A stretch of DNA of 63,659 nt, the filler included, from Neoconidiobolus thromboides FSU 785 (lineage: Eukaryota > Fungi > Entomophthoromycota): assembly GCA_025603075.1 (NCBI GenBank). It is 6 parts of 6 records of this genome, joined end to end, with 100 filler letters (N's around TTAATTAATTAA, not from the genome) between each part and the next. Parts side by side here need not be neighbours in the genome. Positions count along the whole stretch, not along the records: positions 1 to 29,219 come from MU626492.1; 5 more parts are not named here. The stretch is one strand, 5' to 3'. Of the stretch, positions 11,857 through 24,567 are shown in pieces (position 1 is the first letter of the stretch; the number at the start of each line of letters is the position of its first letter). The translations under genes and the position numbers were made by a program. A model generated the notes under the pieces. It was not told the DNA's origin. It saw only the letters and a program-made list of their open reading frames with translations, and ran no database searches.

Positions 11857-13608
11857 TCAAGCTTCATGTAACAGAGTATTCATTGAATTTTCTGGTAATG
11901 ATAAGCTTTTTGTTTCTTTTAAAGACAATGAAACTAAGAAACCGAGCATCATAACAATAGTACAAATAAATAAAAGTAATGGAAAATTGGCTGGATTGTC
12001 TTCAAAGTTGATAAAGCTTATCTGTGAGAAAATGGAACCCAATTTGCCAAAGGAAGCAGGGATTGCTAAGCATAATCCACGGTATCTAGTAGGAAAAGAT
12101 TCTAAAGCTAAAATCAAAATTGTAATATTAGGCCCTAAATTAATAAAAAACCGAGCTAATGAAAAGAATATGATGGATAAGATCGACTTTGGAGTGTCAT
12201 TATTTAGAAAATAAAATACAGCACTTAGAATAATATAAATGACTATTAACATAAAGAAACAAATTTTTTGCAATCGCACTCTGCCGACTCTATCAATAAT
12301 TATGGCGGACAATATAACTCCCGGTATGCCTCCCATTAAAGTTAGCATAATATTCCCCAATGCTACATGTTGCAATGTTAAATAACCAGAAGTTTCATCG
12401 GAATATCCCAAATAGCTCAAAATCCCCGAATTATTTAATGTAGTACCTGCATATGCAAAATCCAATGTAAACCAAGATAAGCTCAAAAATAATATCAATT
12501 TTATGTTTTTGACATCTCTTCTTATAAATTCAATCACTTCTCTAAGAGTGGGATAATTAGGTTGAAATGAAGACAAATTGAATGAAGAAGTCATTAATTC
12601 ACTGAGTTGAATTTTTAATTTATCTTCATAAATGGTATTTTTTAAATTAGTTTTGAATACCTGTTGTATTGTTTTTATACCATTTAAAAAATTCTGCTTT
12701 ACTTGTAAAGTATACCTTAAAGTTTCTGGAATAGTACATCGAATTAGTAAAGAAAGTAAAGATAGTAAAGCTCCAAATAATGTCAATATTCGCCATATAT
12801 TATCAAGGATAAAGATATCTTTGTTGATGGCATCTTTATAAATATACAGTATTACATATGTTAAAGTACCACCAATTAAATTGCCAAAACTATAAAATAT
12901 AAATGAGCTTGCTATCATAGTTCCTCTCAAATTCAATGGTGAAAACTCAATCGCAATCAATCCAGATATAACAAAATCTCCACCAATTCCTATCCCAACT
13001 ATAAATTGCCAAAACATTAAACCATCTAAGACATTAATCCCTCGCAGTGTATTTGAGCAGAAACAACATCCAAGCGAACCAATCATTGTAATTGAAGTTG
13101 TGATTGCATATATCTAATTAAAATAAATCATTATCATTTTATTTATAGTTGAGATATTTCCACTACCTTTTTGCGACCATAACAATCAGCCATGTAACCA
13201 AAGTAAAGTAATCCAATTATGACTCCTAAATAACAATTAGTAATTAACACCTGCTACTAGTAAATATTAACTCATACCTACTAAAATCGAGAACCGTACA
13301 ACAACTTCCCAGCAATAAGGAAAGCGATCCATCTCTGGGTAATAAATAAACTTTAGCATTGGAATAATGAAAGTGAACAGTGATAGATGATAAGAATCTA
13401 TTAGGAACCCCAAACCCGAAACTAATACTAGTTTAATATGAAATCGATTCATAGAACTATCTTCTATCTGTTTTATCAGTTCTTGTTTTTTACTTTCTTG
13501 ATTGAATAGGTTAATCTCAGACTTTTCTGAAGTTCCTAATGGGTTTTGACTGTCTCCTAAATCATAAGGTCGATGTTTCCCTTGTAAAGTTAGTCGAAAG
13601 TGGGCCAT
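11857..13608 (-). CDS. MFS inorganic phosphate transporter (PHO84-like), 3 exons
   Basis: Spliced: VSGLGFLIDSYHL..GVIIGLLYFGYMADCYGRKK|IYAIT..FIVGIGIGGDFVISGLIAIEF..RG..IDRVGRVRLQ..NLGPN...ESFPTRYRG..GKLG; GT-AG introns near 13227-13277 and 13116-13167. Confidence 0.88.
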
Positions 13609-14415
13609 AGTGAAAGATTGTATGTCAAATAAAATAAGACCAGCTTACAAAATATTTCAAAAAAAATAGGCACATACTTCGGATCTTAGTTTTATTTATA
13701 AGAATATAGACTTGGCAAGGTTACCCATTTTAATTATATTTAAGAAAATACCCCATTTTTTTATTCGAATTCTTTTTTTTTGTTAAATTTAAAATGGCCT
13801 AACAAAGTCTATATTTAGTCAATCATTATCAAAACTTAAATTAGCTTAATTAATAGTTCCAGAGAACTTTAAAATCAATTTATTCTTTTATACTAGCATT
13901 TGAAAAATATATTAGCATTAATACATTGGTTGAAAGTTACTTTTATTCTATTTGATAACACAGCTCCTCTATTCTTTTTTTTACTTTTAAAAGCTACTTT
14001 GATTTTGTATCATCAAGATCAAGGAACTGTGTTACCTTTTATGTTAAAGTTGATCTCTGAAAAAATCTCTAATTACTAATTCTCATAAAGTTTGAATTTA
14101 ACTTAAGATCAATAATTTTTTTATAATTTATTTAACACTATCATCATTGCTACTATTAGATATCTTGTGGTAGAATTTTATCTATAACAAGTTGATATTG
14201 CATAATCAATAGTCAATATTGCTTTAAATAAATAGGTAAAATGAAGAAATTAGTATAAAAATACCAAAATAAGAATTAAAGTTGAGGATGCAGCATATTG
14301 ACAATAAATTTACTGGCATATGAATAGACTTAATTTATACTTAATAACTTACAAACAATATGCAAAAAAATTAGAAAATTAGGGCAACCCTCAAAAGTTT
14401 ATTACACAATTTTAT

Positions 14416-15507
14416 TTAAATAATCCCTCTGTTTTTCAAATCAGCCAACTTCAATAAAATATAATAAGTTTCACTAAGCGGTACCGGATAATTGATCTCT
14501 TTTGCTTTTCTAACCATATTGCCTAACGTAGCCTCCAGCTCTAGTTTGTTTTTTCTTTCATAATCAATCAACAAGCTAGGCTTATATGCCATTCCATAGC
14601 TTCTACTTAAATATCCTTCAACAGTGTGCTCTGGCACCCAATCTGGAAACTTACCTCCAATAACCGCTTCTGCTAAATCAAATATTTCTTGCATCGACCT
14701 TCTTACTAAATCTTCTCCTTCTTTATCCTGATGTATATTCAACGTATGGCATCCTCCACTTAATATACAAATTGGTGAAAATGACCCATTCCAAATTATT
14801 TTATTCCATCGTACAATGGTGATATCCGGTACTAATTGGATTTCTACATCCCCATCTCTAAACAATTTTATAAGTTGGAGTAACTCTGGTTCATTTGGTA
14901 ACTCATTTGGATTTGATTTTTTAGCAGTATTAAATGTACTTAAACTTATTATACTTCTTCCGGCCTCATCAATAACACCTGGCTCTGTTTGAGTTACTGC
15001 CACGTTAGCTACACAACCGATCAATAAATTGTTGGGATACTTTTCCTTATAAGGAGGCTCAATATCAATTCCATTTTGAACTACTACTATAGTTGTATTA
15101 TTAGAGATCAATGGTTCAATCATTTTAGGAATATCATATTGATCCGGTAATGCTTTAAGAGTTATTAACACATAATCAAAGACTATGCCATCTTTTGAGG
15201 CTTCTTCTATGCTCGGAAAGACTAAATAAAGTTAACATTTGATAAAGTACGATTCATAACCAATAAGTCATATTACCTTTCGCTGGCTTAAATTGGTAAT
15301 CTTGGAATGTTTTTGATTTGATTTGGAATCCGTTTTCTTGAACTACATTGTACCCGGAGCGGACTATCACATACATATTTACATGCTCGTTTTTTGCTAG
15401 TCTTGATGAGTATAAGGCTCCAACTGCGCCACATCCAACTTAGGAAAAAATTAGTTTTGTTTTTTGATTACATAGCTCATTCTATTACCATTGATAATAT
15501 TTACCAT
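14416..15507 (-). CDS. 2-dehydropantoate 2-reductase (ketopantoate reductase, ApbA/PanE family), 3 exons
   Basis: Spliced N-terminus MVNIIN|VGCGAVGALY (GxGAxG Rossmann); DYVLITLKAL, QNGI, RWNKIIWN, YKPSLLIDYE..LELEA motifs. Confidence 0.92.
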
Positions 15508-16274
15508 TTTAAAAAAATAAAGGTAAAATGTTTAAATTGACAGTATTTATACTTTTGTTGTCTGTGTTTTCATAACATTGTTTTCGCGTGACGTATGAAA
15601 AACAAAACCATTCAATAAAAAGGTTTACTTTTTGAAGTGGTTCTATAATTTCATTACAGTATTATTATTTACTTTTAAAATCGAACTATGATATTACGGT
15701 GTTATGCATCTCTATTTTTTCTACCTTTCGATAATAACACTTGATTCAAATAATAAGTTATTATTATAATTGTTGTTATTGTTTCAATTTTGGTTAACTG
15801 ATAAATTTTTACTCCTTTTAAATTACTAATCAAACAAAGAGAATGTAATGTTACGTGGTTATTGTAATTATTGTAAACTGACTTTATTAAATAATCTTTA
15901 TTTTAAATTGGCTTTAACAATTAATGCGATATGTAGATTGTTTTCGTCATTACTTGTTATCAAAAGAATTATTATTTTGATTTTACAGAATATAAAGTAA
16001 AACTGAGCATCTAAAAAAGGCAACAATAGAAAACCATTCAAACGAGATGCTTCATAATTTTTATCTTCCTTGATACTTTATATGTTTAAATAAACAAAGT
16101 TATTCAAAAGAACAACTAGAAAAAATAGAAAAACACTGTATTAATATTAAAGCAAAACATAAATCATAAACTATCTATAAAACGTAAAACAAACACTAAA
16201 AGCTAACACTAAAAATAATTTAATACTCAGAATATAAATAAAGAGTAAAAGTGACTAACTGAAAATCAACTCAA

Positions 16275-17508
16275 TTAGTCTGCAGATGCAGTATAATCAT
16301 ATTCAATTGTAGGTAACACACAAGAAATAAACTTTAAAAAGATCAACATATACCTTTTTAAAAATTAGCTTAAATTCATGATAAATAAAATAGAAAATTA
16401 CTGATCAACCCGAACTTCCTTATTAGCATTCATTGATACCTCGATCAATTTCTTCATAACTGATGCATGCTTACATGGATGGATGGACGCAAGCACAACA
16501 GGGAGATGCGGATGTGGATCAATAGTTACTGTTTTATTAGCATGCTCTTGAGAGATATCCTCGAGTACTTGCTTTGATTCCAAGGGGACTCTGTCCTCAT
16601 CATATCCATATAACCAAATTCTAGGCGTACGATAATATTTATCATAAGTTATACTTAAATCATAGGTACGTGTTAGTAATAGATTGGACTCAGGATTTTC
16701 TTCTTTAACCTCGTTTTCAACTCTATTATCTTCTTTGCTTGTAGTCTATATTGTTAGTTAATATTTAATGAGTATGTATACTTCATTACAATTTCGGCTT
16801 CTTCGATCTCATCATCAATATCTGGAATGTCATCCAAATCGGATGGCGCTTTATCCTCTTCCTTGTCATCCTGCTCATTGATATTTAGATTATTAATCCT
16901 ATTTGTTACATCAATAGGCTCGCTATCATCTTCATCTTCAATGTCGATAATTATTTTATTTAACGCTTTTTGACCATCTAATTAAACATTTAGTTTTTTT
17001 ACTATCAGCTGCTGCAAATTAAGCTACCTGAACCTTGAAAAGCCGCGACCCAGCCTTCATCACCTTCTAAATCACCATTTTCATCAAAATTATCATCAGC
17101 ATATGCCATATCTCCAGCTCTTCTTAAACAAGGAACTAAAAAATTAATAACTCTAATTTGTTTTTTGACAGTTTACTTACCATTTCTAGTGATCAAAAAC
17201 TGCTTATCAGCTGGAAGATACTCTCGTCTCTTTGACTCTTCGCCTGCTTCCCTATTAAAAAATAATGTTAATAAGTTTAAAATTTCAACATCTAATTCCA
17301 TCACTTACCACTGCCATGTTGGAAATTTAAAAACTAAATAATCACCGGCGGCTACAAACTAAACTTAAATCAGAAATTTATATAATTTAAATTTTATTTT
17401 AATTACCTCCTCTGGGGTCAATACGCCCTCTTCAATAAACTTGGAGTCTTTAAGTAGGGGATTTAAGTACTCCCTAACTCCATGAAACATATTATGAACT
17501 GATTGCAT
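16275..17508 (-). CDS. ATG3: Autophagy E2-like conjugating enzyme Atg3, multi-exon
   Basis: [16 protein letters not shown]|[51 protein letters not shown], catalytic [22 protein letters not shown]. Confidence 0.96.
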
Positions 17509-17777
17509 TCTTGCAATAAATATAAGAAAAATAAAGAAATAGTAGCTACGTTACTTATTCTTATAAAGTTGATTTGGCTCTGATTGGCTCTCAAAGTTTC
17601 AAAAGTAAGCTTAGTAAGGGCAATTAATTTGGGTTAAATCATTTTTTGGTAGTTCAAGCTTTGGAGTTTTCATTGCAAAAAGCTAAATAAATTGAAACTA
17701 GAAATCCCAACTGGATGTTTTTTGTGTTTTAGGAAATAATCTATTATTAAAACAATAGCTAATAAAGGCAATTAAAA

Positions 17778-19768
17778 ATGTGGAATAACCTCGGCAAAAT
17801 AGTTTCGCAGCACATTTCTAGCTCAACTAGTAATAACTATGTCACATCAAAAAATGGCAAGAGATATGATATTGAAAAGAGCAAGTATCCAAAGCAAATC
17901 AAGGAGCTGATTGAAATATTTCCGGATTGTGGTAAAATGAAATATTTATTGAAACTATATAAAGCTTAGTCATTTTTATAGATCCCTATTATTTAGAGCA
18001 CTGCTGTAGTTACTATAAAGATAGACATGTGGAAAGGATATGTGATAAGTTTTTCAATTTGAATTATTCCCATTACCCTACAGTGCCAAAAAGCCTAAGC
18101 TTAACACCATATTGTTCAGCTACTCGAAACTATTATTTGGAAATTATTAATGAATTGTTTCCAGACGTTGAAGTTGGTATAATAAGGGAAGTAATAATAA
18201 GTAGTCGCCATAGTATTATTTATGAAGCAGTGGATAGACTACTGAAGTATAATGGAAAATATTTAAAAAGGAAAGATTTTAACAAGATCGATAAAAAGGA
18301 TTATTTTCGCTCAGAATCTTATGCAGTGGGAGCAAAGAATCGATTATATAATTTATTTCCGAAAACCCCTAGATCAACGATACGAGCTATTTTAGCGGAG
18401 ACCAACCATGATTTTTTAGCAAGTTATGATAGACTAACTCAGTTAAATAGTAATCATACATGGATGAGCTCATTGATTGGAATGATGGTGAACAGAGACA
18501 AAATAGATGAGCCTTCAATGTATACTTTTGAGTTACTTCAGCAAATAAATCAACTGGAAAATAAAGACAAAAAAAGTATCGTACAGCTTGATAGGGAGTA
18601 CGCTATAAGATTAAACCAAGAACAATATGCTAAAGAAAATCAAGTTATCTCATGTCAATGTTGTTATACCGATTTTACTTTTGAAGAGCTATGTCAATGC
18701 ACCAAAGGTCATTTATTTTGTATCGAGTGTGTCAATAAATATGTTAGTGAAACCATTTATGGACAAAGTGATTTTAAAGAAAAAGGATATATTAGTTGTA
18801 TAGATATTAGTGGATGTAAAGAAAAGATATCAGAATTAGAGTTGAAAAGAATATTAAAATCAGACCTATTAGAGTCTTATTTTAATACTAAACTGGAGTT
18901 GGAACTGGAATCAAGTAAATTACCTTTAGTAAGGTGTCCATTTTGTCGCTATGTCGAGATTGATAATCCTAAGCGTATCAGATTATTAAATTGGTTAAAC
19001 TTTTTTAAATTGGGTTTATTAATCACAATAATTGAACCTATGAAAAGAGGATTGTTCTTATTTTATCCTATTTTATTATCTCTAAGGATTTTATTAACTG
19101 TCCTAACTGTCATTGGGATATCGGAGGTCACCTCCTTTAATTTGTTAGATTATTTGCCTATCACTTATATCCCTGACTCAATGATCAAGTTGCCGGATAA
19201 TCGACTATTTCAATGTAGGAATACAGAATGTAATAAACTCTCATGTAGACTTTGCCATACACAATCTTTACTATCTCATCAATGTATGGAAGATGAAAAG
19301 GATGCACTGAGATTAAAAGTGGAAGCTGCAATGGCAGAAGCAGTTAAAAGAACAGTAATTTTAAATAATTATTAATGAACTCAATGACTAATTTATAGTG
19401 CCCAAATTGTAATTTATCATTTACTAAATTAGATGGATGTAACAAAATGACTTGCCGATGTGGTAAGTTTATAATTAAAATGCTTAGCTATAATATTCAA
19501 TAATTATTTAGGATATATTATGTGCTATTTGTGTAGAGAAGGTATCCAGCAGCAAATGTATAGTCATTTTTGTGACCATTTTCGATTTAATCCTGGAGAA
19601 CCTTGTAGACAGTGTGATAAATGCGACCTTTATAAAGATGCTAATGATGAACTAGAAATGAAAAAAGCAGCTGAACAAGCTAGTCAAGTTTTTTTCATTG
19701 AAAATCCAAGTTTGAAAAATTCAAGCACATTAAATTTAAATAGTAATAATATTATGTATTTATTTTAG
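17778..19768 (+). CDS. RBR (RING1-IBR-RING2) E3 ubiquitin ligase, RNF216/TRIAD3-like, with CUE-like repeats; 4 exons
   Basis: CQCCY..CTKGHLFCIECV..C..GC (RING1); CPFC..C...C...SCRLC..H.C (IBR); spliced RT|CPNC..FTKLDGCNKMTCRC|GYIMCYLC (RING2 with catalytic Cys); ELFPD/NLFPKT CUE-like segments. Confidence 0.9.
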
Positions 19769-19994
19769 CTTTATTTATTAATTTGAATTTTTAGAAAATG
19801 ATCATCTGAGCTGGAATAGTATGGAGATACTCAGCTTTTGGGTCAATCATTTTTTTTATTAGTGTATCTTATTACTACCTTATTTATAACCTAAACTATG
19901 CATCTATTAATCTATTTTTATCCTTTTAATATATTTTATTAATAAAAAACATAAAGTAAATAAACAAATCATGATACTGTTTGGAGCCTAAAAA

Positions 19995-20708
19995 CTATTG
20001 ATCCTTTTTATTTTGTTTTTTAGGTGGCTTTGAATAGGCTAATACTTGAATAACAAAAATAACGTTAACAACAAAACCTATGACAGAACCAATAATAGCA
20101 AAGGTATCATCAACCTCGATCCAATTAGTAAACACTCTACCCAAAGCATTTAAAAAGTTGATATAGATAGTTAAAGGCGAAAGTACACCTATGGACTTAT
20201 TCTTAAAGTTTTCATAAAGTTGAGGGAAAGCACCAAAGATAGCAGCAGGCAACAAAGCCATCATAAAAAGAGTAAGCTGTTCTACAGTTAATACAAAATA
20301 AAACAAATAATTCACTACTAAATTAATGGAGACAAACATTAAAAAATGGTCCGTTTTTTTGTTCACTAATAATATTAAAGAGACTAAAAAGATATCTTGG
20401 AGTAATACAAATACTGCATCACCATAAGTAGTAAACCCTTGCTGATTCCTAAAGCAATAACAAGAAATTATAGTTAGTACCCCAGTCTCAATATATAATG
20501 AAATTGCATTAAGTCCTTCACTACTTTGTGTTTGGTACACCTTAGCCAATTGAGGTATCTTACTAAAGATACTAAACAATATGATTGAGAGACCTACAAT
20601 TTTGGATAAAAATAAATTAAAACAATAGCTATTGATCCCTTCACTGATTATGTTTCTAGTACATTCCTCCCCTAATTGATGATGAAAAGCGGGAATTAAA
20701 ATATCCAT
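19995..20708 (-). CDS. MPDU1: Mannose-P-dolichol utilization defect 1 (Lec35) PQ-loop protein
   Basis: SKIVGLSIILFSIFSKIPQLAKV..SSEGL..YGDAVFVLLQ..FPQLYENFKNKSIGVLS..LGRVFT; two PQ motifs. Confidence 0.85.
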   Translation of the reverse strand: MDILIPAFHHQLGEECTRNIISEGINSYCFNLFLSKIVGLSIILFSIFSKIPQLAKVYQTQSSEGLNAISLYIETGVLTIISCYCFRNQQGFTTYGDAVFVLLQDIFLVSLILLVNKKTDHFLMFVSINLVVNYLFYFVLTVEQLTLFMMALLPAAIFGAFPQLYENFKNKSIGVLSPLTIYINFLNALGRVFTNWIEVDDTFAIIGSVIGFVVNVIFVIQVLAYSKPPKKQNKKDQ

Positions 20709-21198
20709 TCCTTTGAGTCTGTGTTAATATTACTATTGCTAATTAAAATTTACTTTTTTTCTTGGTTGTAATAAAATTGTTATATACTGTTTACTCAACC
20801 AATAATATTCATTTTAGCTATCATAACTAATAACAATATGACTTATAAATCGGATAATGATCAAGTTTTAAAAACTCCAATTTTTAACCATTTTTAAACA
20901 GAGTTTTTCCAGCTAATAATAAATTGCATGTTTAAGTAGAAGAAACTATTATTATTCAATAGTAAATTAAGTTAATTATGTAGATATTTATTTTTGTTAA
21001 GTCTGATCTAAAATACTAAAATTTCGGAATAAATACTTCGGCTTAAGAAATAGCTTTTGAGTTGGCCCGTGATTCTAAAGCTTTTATCGGCATACACATG
21101 GCTTATGTTTAAGTCACACTTTTGATTACTTGGTAGCAAATTTAATCAAAATAGTCCATTTAGTAAAGTTTAAAGCTATTTTTACAATATAATTTTGA

Positions 21199-22035
21199 AA
21201 ATTAAAAACAGAAAGTTTATGTGAAGAAAATAAGAGCTCTAGATTTATTATTAGTGGAGTTTATGCTATCTTTGACATAACAAAACAAAAAGTAATTAAA
21301 ACTAAAAAATGCTATTCACTTAGATTGAGTTTCAACATAATAGCAACACATAATGACACTTACTGCATCGTAACTAACAATCAATACCTAATCAGGAATA
21401 ATTATCATTTACAACCTGATGATTAGCCACGAAGTGATGAGCTATGTGGGTACTTTGATGACGCTTATGATAAAAAAGACCTTTACCCTATATGTGCTCA
21501 AGATCACTATCTCGATCATAAAATGGACTTCCAGATTGATATTAAGCATACAAAGGTTGTTCAATTTATACGTGAAACCCTTTCCTCTATTTATCTTACT
21601 ACATCTTAGCAGATTTACTTTTTATATCGATAGATGGTATTAGTCATTATACACTTGGCGCTCAATCCTTTTTATCATCTATTATTAAACTATAAGGGAG
21701 TAATACAAGTGTCTTTGGTAACATTTTGACGTTTGACTTCTGACCCATATGATGAAGGATTTATTTTTCAGTTTCATGAGCATAACCATGTTTATCATTT
21801 ATGGAATGATCAAGAAGGCTATCTTGTAGCAACAGGGGATAATGAAATTGGATCTCCAACTTTACCTGGAAACCCCATTTAATCCATTCTTATCGATAGG
21901 CATGCAATGTTTGCTCTACCAGATGCAAAAAACAATTATTATTATCTGAATTTTGCTAAAGCAATCTGTGGCTTCTTCAAAGAGCCCAACATAATGGAAG
22001 AAGCTACTAAGTTTCAGTTTATATCTTTTAAATGA
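21199..22035 (+). pseudogene. Decayed ORF of unknown family (possible beta-trefoil-like repeats)
   Basis: Long protein-like frame-1 reading broken by TAG/TGA/TAA and a probable frameshift near 21600-21730; more GC-rich than flanks. Confidence 0.45.
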
Positions 22036-22869
22036 GCTATTCATTAAATAAAATCAAAGTATTTGACCTTGAAGTATAATAAATTAAAATAATTTCAAAT
22101 TAATTGCAGTTGCTTCAAAGAATTATCAAATAATAAACTTAAAAAATAACTATTATAATACCTCTAATAGTCATGGTTGATTAATTACCATTTCAATACA
22201 AATATTTTAAATCTTTTTAGTGATTTTTAAAAAGACTAGATTAATATGTTGTCTCTTTACGTATAGGTCTTTGTTCCACCGTAAGTTGAATATTTAAACT
22301 AATATTTAAGTTACACATTTTATAGCTTAATAATCAAATCTCAATTTAAAACCATGTTTAAACAACCAAACAAAGAGTACTAAAATTTACCAATATATTT
22401 TATTATTTAAATAATCTACGTGCATTAATATATATTAATATGTCAGCCAAACATAACATCAAGTCAAATACTTTATCCTTCAAAGATGTATTTGTACTTT
22501 TTTGAATTAGGTTTTCAAGATTCGTTCAAAATATATTTAGATATTTACTTTTCATTAATCGTTTATGACTAAACTCGCTAATTACCTATTCAAAAAACTT
22601 TTCTATAATATACTACTTTGATTGAATCCTTGAATAGTATTATATTACTATCTATTAACTTGACAATTCTCTCTTTTAATCTCCCATTTTAACATCTCAC
22701 TCACTACTTATCCCATTATCCTCCATTTATTTGCTAGCGAAATTAGTTAAACTATAACAAAACTTTTACATTTGGTTTGAAAAATGAATCAAGCTAATAA
22801 ATAAAAACATTGTAAATATAATAAACCTTTATACTGCCCTTATTTTATAAATTATTTTAATTTTATAAT

Positions 22870-23483
22870 TTAAGCTTTGGTTGGGGTAACCTTTTTACCA
22901 TCCTATATTATGTCAATAAAAATTCAAATCATGGCTCAAATTATTTTACCTTGTTGAAACGGAATCTTTGTGGAGGAGCACGGTTACGACGATCTACAAC
23001 GGAACGTACACGAACGATACGAGAGTGAATAGCGCAAGAGATGCAGTAGTGAAGTTTAACATAAAGCTTTGGAATAGCATATTCTAAGATTATTAGCTTT
23101 AATCTTAATTACCATATATATATATTACCTTCATAAACTGAAGCTTCAGCAAGATCACGTTGAGCAGCAGCTTCTACCATATTACGGATGTTAAAGCGTT
23201 TAATGGCTTTATCCTTTGGGACACAACGAGCACAGTTAGTGCAACGGACAGGTTTAACGTGTCCACGTCCCTTTTTATTACGTCCATGATTTCTACGTTT
23301 AGTGGTCTAGCAATTTCAAAATTATTATTTATTTTAAAGTTGAAGAATAGTTTGATATAAAGAGCTAAATTGATCATGCATCCATCGAAATTGGTTTTAT
23401 TAAAAGTTTTGTTTCAAAATAAATCGTGTTCTATCCGATGCTTATCATGTTCCTTAGTCTATTGCAGAAATAATACATACCAT
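22870..23483 (-). CDS. RPS26: 40S ribosomal protein S26 (eS26), 4 exons
   Basis: ATG 23481-23483 | 23306-23129 [43 protein letters not shown] | 23083-22950 [28 protein letters not shown] | final [10 protein letters not shown]. Confidence 0.98.
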
Positions 23484-24567
23484 CTTGCCAATTCAAGGTA
23501 TTACTCAAAAGAAAAGAAGGGTATGGCCGTATTTGAACGTTTATTTTGTCACTTTTGATTTCATTGATATTTTTTAAATTTTAAGCTTCTTACTCGTAAT
23601 TCAAGCTGCAAAATCTCATTTTTAATATCAAATGTTAAAATTTATAATATTTCATACATATAAATTCAAATAAGACTTATTTTTCATATAAAAGAACAGT
23701 TATTTGGTGTAATAAATACAATTATTCTATTATATCGATATTGATTATATCTTCATATTATTTTTATTAGCTAATTTTGGGATATTTGAATTTTAAATTT
23801 TATTTTATTTTAATATAAAAATAATAAAATAATACCAATAGTTAAACTAAGTATATTTTCCTTTTTATTCAGTTTTGGATTAACATATTATAATTTAAAT
23901 TATATATTTTTATTAAATATGAGATGAATTAATATATTTGGACTTTTAAAAAAAATGCTGTTTTTGAAAGTATTCTAAAAATCAAAAAATATCTTAAAAC
24001 TATTAAATTTATGTTTTATTTGTAAAAAAAGTTAAAAATACAGAAAGCAGCACTTACCCCACAGCCGTTATTTGGCCCATCATTAGTACTTTTAAGTTGT
24101 GTTTGTTATAAACCACTTGAAAGCTTTCAACTCTCCCATGGTTTTAAAACGTTTAAAATAATCTTTAAACTTCAAAAATACTAATTAAATTTCTCCACAA
24201 TAAAATTAATAAGCCAACAAATTCAATTCAATACAAAAGAGTAGATAAGTTTAATTAAGAAAATAAAAGTTACGGTTAGTTTAAGGTACTAAGTAATGGT
24301 GACAAAATAATAATGTATAAAAAAGATAACATTATTTATCAATTTAATAACAATTTATGAGTTTGATAACTGGAACAATTCCAAGTAATTAAAGATTAGG
24401 TAGTTTACGGAAAGAAGTTAGAGATAAATGGAGGGATATTGAAACTTAGTTTCGATAATAAATGGTTTTCATGAGACAGGGCTAGACAATCTATTATTAT
24501 ATTGTTTATATTATAAGAGATTCAAGAATAGTGTCAATAACAATTCTATTTCTTAACTAAAATAATA

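Noticed and set aside
5196-12841. Short antisense ORFs 5196-5387, 7539-7727, 11987-12214 and 12632-12841
   Set aside because: Opposite-strand shadows of well-supported genes.
23160-23558. Track ORFs 23160-23360, 23174-23377 and 23370-23558
   Set aside because: Shadow frames over RPS26 exon 2 and intron 1.
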